Virus record (IMG/VR): IMGVR_UViG_3300034105_002081 | Location: 51,819 to 71,818 of that record | Source of the DNA: an uncultured virus (IMG/VR IMGVR_UViG_3300034105_002081) | Lineage: Duplodnaviria; Heunggongvirae; Uroviricota; Caudoviricetes | Strand: one strand, 5' to 3' | Length of the DNA: 20,000 nucleotides | Shown: positions 8,628-15,587 of the stretch, one piece after another | Position numbering within the stretch: position 1 is the first letter of the stretch | How the letters are laid out: every line of letters begins with the position of its first letter | Position numbers and translations under genes: made by a program | Notes under the pieces: generated by a model | The model's database searches: none | What the model saw: the letters and a program-made list of their open reading frames with translations, nothing else | Told to the model about the DNA's origin: nothing

Positions 8628-8862
8628 GAAACAGTCACAGAAAAAGAAAATAAGTGTAAAACTAAATCCAGGAGAAGCGGTTTTTACTGCCGATATAGAG
8701 GTTATGAACCATATCATGGGGGTATATCATGAAATGTCACTTTCTTGCAAGAACCCGACTGAGGCTCAGTCTTGGATGGACGTTGTTAATAATATAAAAA
8801 AATGTTGTGAGGAAACTTACTACTCAAATAAATCAGGAGATATATATGAAGAAGAGTGGTGA
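8620..8862 (+). CDS. Hypothetical protein
   Basis: 80-aa ORF overlapping both neighbours in operon fashion. Confidence 0.7.
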   Translation: MTKKQSQKKKISVKLNPGEAVFTADIEVMNHIMGVYHEMSLSCKNPTEAQSWMDVVNNIKKCCEETYYSNKSGDIYEEEW

Positions 8863-9100
8863 TTTTTTAATCTATTCTGCTTTGGCGATTGGTACTTGCA
8901 TCTTAATTTCAATACTAAGAAAAAGTTTTGATCCTAGATCTATCCAAGACGCAGATTCAATACAATTAGGAAATAGATTAATAGAGTTTTTTGAGAAGGA
9001 TCAAATGGAAGAAATATATCAAAGATATTACGAATACGTAGATATGGGATTAACACCAAACGACGCTTTTGAATTGTTAGTAGGTGGCTTAAATGATTGA
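8846..9100 (+). CDS. Hypothetical protein with N-terminal membrane anchor
   Basis: AGGAG RBS before ATG 8846; hydrophobic FLIYSALAIGTCILISIL followed by RK. Confidence 0.65.
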   Translation: MKKSGDFLIYSALAIGTCILISILRKSFDPRSIQDADSIQLGNRLIEFFEKDQMEEIYQRYYEYVDMGLTPNDAFELLVGGLND

Positions 9101-9908
9101 TCTATGTGTAGTAAATCACAATACTAGAACACTGTTGCAAAGATTTTTGGACAATTTGCATTCAGATCTTAATAGTCCAAATGGTGCGCTCGTAAAAAAC
9201 TGGAATTTATACATAACCGATAATGATTCAACTGATGATTTTGTCCCTTGGATTAGGGAAAATGAAGATCGATATTTAATCAATAGGTTATTTTTAAGAA
9301 AAAATATAGGATACTCTGCTGCTGTAAATATGATGGCAGAAAAATCTTCTGGAGATATAATTGGTATTTTAAATGGTGATGTATGGATGACCTCTGAGGA
9401 TTGCATTAAAATAGAAAATATTTTTAATCAAAATCCAGAAATCCATATTCTTGGCCCTAAGCAGAGAGACGAAAATGGTTTCATAACTCATGCTGGTATA
9501 ATTGGTACAAATATTTCACCTAAGCATAGAGGATGGAAAGAACATGACCCTAATGATGTTTTATATAAAGACAGAGTTAATTGTGTAACAGTTTCTGGTT
9601 CAGCTTATTTTGTTAGAAGAGAAGTATGGAATGCTATGACTAACAACGAACAGTATAGGCAAATCCACCCGGAAGCAACAGGGGCATTTTTGCCAACGCC
9701 ACATTATTATGAAGAGACATGGTGTTCGTATTTTGCAAGACACTTGGGCTATAATGTAGTCTATGACGGATCAGTATCAATAGGCCATAGTTGGCACGCT
9801 AGTAGCCCAAAGCCAGGAGAGGGCATTAGCGAAGTTGATAAGTACTTTCCCATAAGTAGAGATATATTTCGTAGAGCTTGCGATTTCATAGGAATAGAAA
9901 GAGACTAA
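9093..9908 (+). CDS. GT2-family glycosyltransferase (WbbL/rhamnosyltransferase-like)
   Basis: Motifs VVNHN, DNDSTD, NIGYSAAVN, LNGD, VSGSAYFVRREVW, YYEE and a late His. Confidence 0.88.
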   Translation: MIDLCVVNHNTRTLLQRFLDNLHSDLNSPNGALVKNWNLYITDNDSTDDFVPWIRENEDRYLINRLFLRKNIGYSAAVNMMAEKSSGDIIGILNGDVWMTSEDCIKIENIFNQNPEIHILGPKQRDENGFITHAGIIGTNISPKHRGWKEHDPNDVLYKDRVNCVTVSGSAYFVRREVWNAMTNNEQYRQIHPEATGAFLPTPHYYEETWCSYFARHLGYNVVYDGSVSIGHSWHASSPKPGEGISEVDKYFPISRDIFRRACDFIGIERD

Positions 9909-9910
9909 TA

Positions 9911-11005
9911 GTGTCAATATCAACTTATGGTTCCCTATTTGCTGGGGTGGGCGGAATAGATCTAGGATTAGACCAAACTGGGATGGAATGTAAGTTTCAA
10001 GTAGAGATAGATCAAAATTGTCAACAGACACTTTCTTATCATTGGCCAGACGTTCCAAAGTTTGGTGATATTAAAAGCGTAAGTGGATACGATCTTCCTT
10101 TTGTCGATGTAATTACCTTTGGATCACCATGCCAAGATCTTTCCGTAGCTGGCAAGAGAGCTGGACTTGAAGGAGAAAAATCAGGTCTATTTCACGAAGC
10201 AGTAAGAATAATCAAAGAAATGAGAGAAAAATCAAATGGACAATATCCTAAATGGTCAATCTGGGAGAACGTCACAGGGGCCTTATCTTCCAACGGAGGT
10301 GCCGACTTCGGGCAAGTCCTCAACGAAATGGATGAAGCAGGGGCGTGTTTCAGCGAGTGGTCCGTGTTGGATGCACAACACTTTGGAGTCCCCCAAAGAC
10401 GAAGAAGAATATACTTGCTCTCTGTCTTTGATCCTACAATCGCCTCAAGATGTCCCGACAAAGTACTCCCTGTCAATGAGAGCAGCGCAGGGAATTCTAA
10501 GAAGAGTATCAAGCAAGGGCAAGAGCCTTCCAGAGAAGTTGCAAGTTGCCTTGGAGGAAGTGGCGAAGGAGCAGTACCTTCCAGTAGAGGACAGAACTTA
10601 GCCATACAAATGCTCGATGCTCAAAGAGTTGGTGACGTAAGACTTTACGAAGAACCAGTACAAACACTACCAGCTAGAATGGGCACTGGTGGAAACAATG
10701 TTCCACTAGTAGTAGATAATAGAACAACTTCCAATATAGTTGGTACGTTGAGTGCAAGAGATTTTAAAGGCGTTGGAAATCAATATGTTCAAGAACATAA
10801 ATTAGTTGTAGAATCTTCTAATCCAATTTACGTTAGACGTCTTACGCCAACAGAATGTGAAAGACTTATGGGTTGGCCAGATAATCACACTTTACACAGA
10901 GCTGATGGAAAGGTTAATTCTGATTCAACAAGATATAAGATGTGTGGAAACGGAGTAGCTAGTCCTGTGATAAAATGGGTAATTGAAAAAATTAAAAATA
11001 TATAG
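9911..11005 (+). CDS. DNA cytosine-C5 methyltransferase
   Basis: Motif I SLFAGVGG, IV GSPCQDLS, VI ENV, VIII PQRRRR, IX RRLTPTECERLMGWP and X YKMCGNGV. GTG 9911 is the likely start. Confidence 0.95.
   Translation: MSISTYGSLFAGVGGIDLGLDQTGMECKFQVEIDQNCQQTLSYHWPDVPKFGDIKSVSGYDLPFVDVITFGSPCQDLSVAGKRAGLEGEKSGLFHEAVRIIKEMREKSNGQYPKWSIWENVTGALSSNGGADFGQVLNEMDEAGACFSEWSVLDAQHFGVPQRRRRIYLLSVFDPTIASRCPDKVLPVNESSAGNSKKSIKQGQEPSREVASCLGGSGEGAVPSSRGQNLAIQMLDAQRVGDVRLYEEPVQTLPARMGTGGNNVPLVVDNRTTSNIVGTLSARDFKGVGNQYVQEHKLVVESSNPIYVRRLTPTECERLMGWPDNHTLHRADGKVNSDSTRYKMCGNGVASPVIKWVIEKIKNI
10236..10601 (+). CDS. Overprinted +1-frame protein inside the methyltransferase gene, M.EcoHK31I beta-subunit-like
   Basis: 121-aa ORF with GAGAG upstream of the ATG. 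KW..QG.....CWMHNTLESP..EE...SLSLILQ...P.KY.LS..AAQGILRR...KGK.LP..L..ALE matches the remembered beta-polypeptide pattern. GC is about 51% by hand count over 10261-10560. Confidence 0.75.
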   Translation: MDNILNGQSGRTSQGPYLPTEVPTSGKSSTKWMKQGRVSASGPCWMHNTLESPKDEEEYTCSLSLILQSPQDVPTKYSLSMRAAQGILRRVSSKGKSLPEKLQVALEEVAKEQYLPVEDRT

Positions 11006-11017
11006 AAAGAGATTATA

Positions 11018-11416
11018 ATGTCAGAAAAACTAAACCCATGGATCTATAATGCAGAAGTTAAAAAGATAGTTGATGGCGATACATTTGATATTCTTATTGA
11101 CCTAGGATTTGATACTTTTAGAAAAGGTAGAGTAAGACTATATGGCGTAAATACCCCAGAGAGTCGCACTACAAATCTTGAGGAAAAGAAGATGGGCCTT
11201 GCCGCTAAAGAGTTTACTGATCAGTGGATCACTGCTGCCGGTCACAAGATTAAAATAGAAACAATTCTTGATAAAAATGAAAAATATGGAAGAATACTTG
11301 CTAGAGTATGGAACGAAGCAGGAGCTTGTCTTAATGCAGACATAGTTACTGCAGGATTAGCCAGAGAATACTTTGGCGTAGGCGACAAGACATTTCAGGA
11401 ATTCAAGAAAGCATAA
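11018..11416 (+). CDS. Thermonuclease (SNase-like)
   Basis: Motifs VDGDT, RLYGVNTPE, KYGRILA and LN..IV.AGLA; no signal peptide. Confidence 0.93.
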   Translation: MSEKLNPWIYNAEVKKIVDGDTFDILIDLGFDTFRKGRVRLYGVNTPESRTTNLEEKKMGLAAKEFTDQWITAAGHKIKIETILDKNEKYGRILARVWNEAGACLNADIVTAGLAREYFGVGDKTFQEFKKA

Positions 11417-11418
11417 CA

Positions 11419-11823
11419 GTGCAAACATTTTTACCATATCCAGATTTAGTAAAATCAGTTAAAGTATTAGATTATCGTCGGTTAGGAAAACAACGTGTTG
11501 AAACATTTCAAGTTCTTAATATATTACTCGAAAGAACGCCTACAAAAGGTTGGCGCAACCACCCTGTCACTCGTATGTGGACTGGTTACGAAGAAGCATT
11601 AAAGTTATATCAAAACTATACTATCCTTGAATGGATAGACAGAGGGTATAACAATAATATGAAGTTTGAAAATATAGACCATTCAAATATAGTCTACCCA
11701 ACTTGGTTTGGACAAGATGAGTTTCATAGATCACATAGATCTAATCTCCTAAGAAAAGATTACGAATATTATTCTGAATACTTTGACGAACCAGTAGATT
11801 TAGAGTATCATTGGCCAGTATGA
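11419..11823 (+). CDS. Pyrimidine-dimer DNA glycosylase/endonuclease V-family protein (MSMEG_6728-like)
   Basis: Motifs MQTFLPY, LDYRRLGKQRVE, WRNHP...MW, EWI.RGY, HRSHRSNLLRKD and Y.WP. Confidence 0.88.
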   Translation: MQTFLPYPDLVKSVKVLDYRRLGKQRVETFQVLNILLERTPTKGWRNHPVTRMWTGYEEALKLYQNYTILEWIDRGYNNNMKFENIDHSNIVYPTWFGQDEFHRSHRSNLLRKDYEYYSEYFDEPVDLEYHWPV

Positions 11824-12224
11824 GTATTACAGTTTATTTAGCAGGGGCCATGGACTATGTTGGCGATTATGCAAAGGGATGGCGACAAGAAGCAACTTTT
11901 ATGTTAACTCAAAGAGGCTATAGCGTTTTAGACCCAACTTCTATACCAGAAGAATCTGCTATGTCACCTGACGAAATAGTCCATAAAAATACTTTTATGC
12001 AAAAAAGATCCGACATCCTACTTGTTGAATACATGCTAGAAGATAGAGCATATATAGGGACAGACTATGAGATGGCTTGGGCAAAAAATAACGATCAACC
12101 AACGGTTGTAATGTGCTCTAATCAAAATAAAGATCGCCCGTACATGCGTTATATGTCTACTAAGATAGTAGATAACATAGAAGATGCTGTAGAATATATA
12201 GCTGTACATTACCCAATCAATTAA
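11820..12224 (+). CDS. Nucleoside 2-deoxyribosyltransferase / nucleotide N-glycosidase family protein
   Basis: Motifs VYLAGAM, W(R), LDP, SDILLV and GTDYE...A; ATGA coupling at 11820. Confidence 0.8.
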   Translation: MSITVYLAGAMDYVGDYAKGWRQEATFMLTQRGYSVLDPTSIPEESAMSPDEIVHKNTFMQKRSDILLVEYMLEDRAYIGTDYEMAWAKNNDQPTVVMCSNQNKDRPYMRYMSTKIVDNIEDAVEYIAVHYPIN

Positions 12225-12235
12225 AAGGAAGAAAA

Positions 12236-13246
12236 ATGAAAAAAAGAGTATTACTCACAGGTGCTGGTGGCTTTGTAGGTCATCATACATTAGAGCATAT
12301 TTTCAAAACAACAGATTGGGATGTAGTTATCACTGACTCTTTCCGTCATCGTGGAGTGACAGACAGAATTACTTCCATTAATTCTTGGGAAGCGAACAGA
12401 CACCGTGTTCAGCTTGTCACGCACGATCTTACTGTACCTTTCTCTGACGTAATGATAAAAGATATTGGACACATTGATTATATTATTTCTATGGCTTCAG
12501 ATTCACACGTAGATAGATCAATTACAGACCCAGCTCCATTTATCATGAACAACGTAGCACTCGTTGTTAACATGCTAGAGCTTGCACGTAAAATTAAACC
12601 AGAAGCATTCTTACACGTCTCAACAGATGAAGTGTATGGACCCGCTCCAAAGGGTTATGCTCACAAGGAATGGGACACCATCCTTCCATCTAATCCATAC
12701 TCTGGATCAAAAGCCGCACAAGAAGCAGCGTGTATATCTTACTGGCGTACCTTTGGCGTTCCAGTAATCATTACTAACACCATGAATATTATTGGTGAGC
12801 GTCAGGATCCTGAAAAGTTTATTCCAAAGATTATGTATTGTCTTGAGAAGGATATCCCAATGACAATTCATGGCACTCCTGAGAATGTTGGATCAAGATT
12901 CTACTTGCACGCAAGAAACCAAGCAGATGCTTTAGTCTTTATCTTAAATAATCTTCCTGCAATAGATTATCCAAATTCAGATCGACCAGACAAATATCAT
13001 ATTGTTGGCGAAAGAGAAATCGATAATCTCGAGATGGCGGAACTTGTAGCAGAGTATTGGGGTAAAGAACTCAAGTTTAAGTTTGAAGACTTTCATACAA
13101 CAAGACCAGGACACGATCTTCGCTATGCATTAGATGGAACAAAGCTAGCAAATGCCGGATGGGTTCCCCCAATGCCATTAGAAAAGTCTTTAGAGCTAAC
13201 AATAGAGTGGACTAAACAAAATCCACAGTGGCTTTGGAGAGATTGA
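12236..13246 (+). CDS. rmlB: dTDP-glucose 4,6-dehydratase-like NAD-dependent SDR (RmlB/RfbB-like)
   Basis: Motifs TGAGGFVG, SHVDRSI, STDEVYG, PSNPYSGSK, Q.PEKFIP and RPGHDLRY. Confidence 0.88.
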   Translation: MKKRVLLTGAGGFVGHHTLEHIFKTTDWDVVITDSFRHRGVTDRITSINSWEANRHRVQLVTHDLTVPFSDVMIKDIGHIDYIISMASDSHVDRSITDPAPFIMNNVALVVNMLELARKIKPEAFLHVSTDEVYGPAPKGYAHKEWDTILPSNPYSGSKAAQEAACISYWRTFGVPVIITNTMNIIGERQDPEKFIPKIMYCLEKDIPMTIHGTPENVGSRFYLHARNQADALVFILNNLPAIDYPNSDRPDKYHIVGEREIDNLEMAELVAEYWGKELKFKFEDFHTTRPGHDLRYALDGTKLANAGWVPPMPLEKSLELTIEWTKQNPQWLWRD

Positions 13247-13266
13247 TTAAAAAGTTTTCCTACAAG

Positions 13267-13295
13267 TTGATTCAATCGACTCATACTGATATAAT
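13267..13295 (+). promoter_or_regulatory. Near-consensus housekeeping-sigma promoter
   Basis: TTGATT (13267-72), a 17-nt spacer ending TGa, then TATAAT (13290-95); intergenic. Confidence 0.8.
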
Positions 13296-13344
13296 TAAAC
13301 CGTCATATTAATTGGCTTAACAGTCACAAACAAAAGGAAAATAA

Positions 13345-13527
13345 ATGTCAGATAATAAGTTCAAGTATTTTGAGGTTACTACAACTGCTCTTGTAAAGGC
13401 TAGCTCAAAAGCTGATGCAGAAAAGTTGGCCATGGGCCGTCGTGGCATCACTGGCGAAGTTCTCTCTAAGCACACAGAGATTGATCGTATTTCGGCTATC
13501 GATGCTCGTGAGATGCTAGAAGCCTAA
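13345..13527 (+). CDS. 60-aa hypothetical protein, monocistronic
   Basis: AAAGGA RBS; GCT/CGT/AAG-rich codons; own promoter and terminator. Confidence 0.8.
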   Translation: MSDNKFKYFEVTTTALVKASSKADAEKLAMGRRGITGEVLSKHTEIDRISAIDAREMLEA

Positions 13528-13542
13528 TCCAATGTTTGCTGG

Positions 13543-13576
13543 AAAAGTAGGGGGAATATCCCCCTACTTTTTCTTT
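13543..13576 (+). terminator. Rho-independent terminator, potentially bidirectional
   Basis: AAAAGTAGGGGGA-ata-TCCCCCTACTTTT followed by TCTTT. Confidence 0.88.
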
Positions 13577-13590
13577 ACTAAAGAGGTTAT

Positions 13591-14283
13591 ATGATAATTG
13601 CACAAATAGTTGGAAGAAATGAATCCAACAGATATTTAGAAGAAGTTTTAGAAAGATTATCTACTCAAGTAGATAAAATAGTTTTTACAGACGACTGCTC
13701 AACCGATAACACACCCCAGATTGCCTCGAAGTACTGTGAAGTATTTCAGACTGAATCTCCTTTATTTACAGAACACGAAGGAAAGTTAAGAGCTTTTGCT
13801 TGGGGTAATCTGGAGAATGTTGCGTCTTTAGGTGATTGGGTTTTAGCAATAGATTGTGACGAGCTGCTCTATCATTCATCCGAAGCAGATCTAAGAGATG
13901 TAGTAAAAGTTTCTCCTTATGATGTCATAAATATAAAGTTTTATCATATGTGGAATGAAACTCAATATAGAATAGATAAGGCTTGGGCTCCTACTAATAG
14001 CTCTAGACTATTCAGATATCAGTCTGGTGGTGGTTTTATAAACAGAAAACTGGCTTGTGGTTCTGAACCAAATTATGTAGTTGATTGGGTCAGACAAAGA
14101 AATTATTGGGCAGACTCTGGATTAATGATGAAGCATCTTGGTTATGTAAAAGACGAAGACAAGCAGGCTAAGTACGAAAGATACTCTACTTTAGACGGTG
14201 GTGAGTTTCATAACATCAATCATATCAATTCAATAATAGATACAAATCCAGCACTTATAAATTGGGGAAATTTCGGTATATAA
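13591..14283 (+). CDS. GT2-family glycosyltransferase
   Basis: Motifs RNE..YL, DDCSTDNT, W.LAIDCDE (DxD) and HLGY...K..RY; AGAGG RBS. Confidence 0.88.
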   Translation: MIIAQIVGRNESNRYLEEVLERLSTQVDKIVFTDDCSTDNTPQIASKYCEVFQTESPLFTEHEGKLRAFAWGNLENVASLGDWVLAIDCDELLYHSSEADLRDVVKVSPYDVINIKFYHMWNETQYRIDKAWAPTNSSRLFRYQSGGGFINRKLACGSEPNYVVDWVRQRNYWADSGLMMKHLGYVKDEDKQAKYERYSTLDGGEFHNINHINSIIDTNPALINWGNFGI

Positions 14284-14284
14284 A

Positions 14285-14971
14285 ATGATTATATTAAATA
14301 ACGCAAAAACAATTACAACATTAACAGAAAAGATGAATAGCAAAGAAAAATTTGCTCTTATCAACTTCCCTAGATCTTCTCTCATGGCTATGGGTAACTC
14401 TATAAATGGAGACAAGAGACCTAACAAGTCTTTTACTAGATCTATACAAAATTCATTCAATATTGTCGATAAAAACTACATGAAAGGCTTGCCACCAGCT
14501 TTTATCTATTCTGGAGAAGAAGATAATTTATCAAATTTTTCTCAAGTATTAAAAGATGAGACATACTATGATTCAACTACCCTAGAACAATATTATAGTT
14601 CTGATGAATCAATCTTTAACTCATTTACTAATCATTACATCAGAGATAGTTCTTTTATAGTTGTAAGCTTTCATGATAAAAAAATAATAAACAAGATGCT
14701 TGGCAATCCTGTTGATGTTATTAATGTTCCTTATAATGACTTCTATGATAAAGTTGACTCGATCTTCTCTTCAATAGAAAAATTTGATGGTAAGGTTGAT
14801 TATTGTTTATTCGATTGTCCTCTTCTTTCATCTGCTCTTCCAGCTAAAATATGGAACGAGCTTAACATGTCAATGATAGATCTAGGCAAAGTATTCTCTT
14901 TTGCAAGAACTAATTATCTTAATAAAATGAGAGAAAAAGAAAATGAAAAGAAAGATAGATACAGAAATTGA
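14285..14971 (+). CDS. GT-D-fold-like (DUF1792-like) protein with degenerate motifs
   Basis: Layout K.KFAL.NF..., INVP..DFY..VD.I...I, LF.C..LS..L and IDLG parallels GT-D, but the usual R[FY]GDGE reads NFPRSS. Confidence 0.5.
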   Translation: MIILNNAKTITTLTEKMNSKEKFALINFPRSSLMAMGNSINGDKRPNKSFTRSIQNSFNIVDKNYMKGLPPAFIYSGEEDNLSNFSQVLKDETYYDSTTLEQYYSSDESIFNSFTNHYIRDSSFIVVSFHDKKIINKMLGNPVDVINVPYNDFYDKVDSIFSSIEKFDGKVDYCLFDCPLLSSALPAKIWNELNMSMIDLGKVFSFARTNYLNKMREKENEKKDRYRN

Positions 14972-15587
14972 TGATGATCTTTTTCTTATAGATCTTCTTT
15001 TAGATTCTAATTTATCTTTGCCTGAAATAGCCAAAGAACTTGATGTTTCAATTAAAGATTTAAATAAAAAAATAAATCATTTAGGTCTTAATTGGATTAA
15101 ACAACAAAAGAAAAAAACATCAAGAGGTCAGGCAGCTTTGACTTCTGTAATGAAAAAACTTCTTCCTAATGAAAAGATTATTAACGAATATCATTTAGGG
15201 GATAGATTAAGACTAGACGTTTATTGTCCTAGTTATAAACTGGCTGCAGAGTTTCACGGTAGACAACATTTTTATTATACCGAAAGATTCTTTGATTCTA
15301 AATATGATTTTGAAGAAGCTCAAAAAAGAGATGTTATCAAAATGCAAATGTGTAAAGATCAAGGTATAGCTCTTGTTGTATTTCGCTACAATGATCTTTT
15401 GACAGAGGAGTCTGTATACTCTAGAATATTAACCGCAATTAGAGATAGTCAATGGAAAGAAAAAGAGCCTAATCCATTAAAGAAGAAAGTAACTGATAGT
15501 GAATTTTATCAGGAGCAAAAAAGAAAAAAAAGCGAACAGAATAAAAAGCTCTACAGAGAAATGAAGCAGAGAAAGAAAAACCAATGA
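14943..15587 (+). CDS. HTH plus Vsr/DUF559-like endonuclease-domain protein
   Basis: HTH SLPEIAKELDVSIKDLNKKI; SRGQ, LRLDVY, AEFHGRQH and RD..K...C...GI.LV.FRY; basic tail. Confidence 0.75.
   Translation: MKRKIDTEIDDDLFLIDLLLDSNLSLPEIAKELDVSIKDLNKKINHLGLNWIKQQKKKTSRGQAALTSVMKKLLPNEKIINEYHLGDRLRLDVYCPSYKLAAEFHGRQHFYYTERFFDSKYDFEEAQKRDVIKMQMCKDQGIALVVFRYNDLLTEESVYSRILTAIRDSQWKEKEPNPLKKKVTDSEFYQEQKRKKSEQNKKLYREMKQRKKNQ

Noticed and set aside
10192..10605. 137-aa minus-strand ORF over the dual-coding MTase region
   Set aside because: Likely a by-product of the high GC and stop depletion caused by two plus-strand frames; there is no recognisable motif and the window is otherwise all plus-strand.
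9911..15587. Type II restriction-modification pair (MTase plus Vsr/DUF559-like nuclease)
   Set aside because: The genes are about 4 kb apart and separated by a terminator, and the nuclease is coupled to the helicase. An orphan MTase is more likely.
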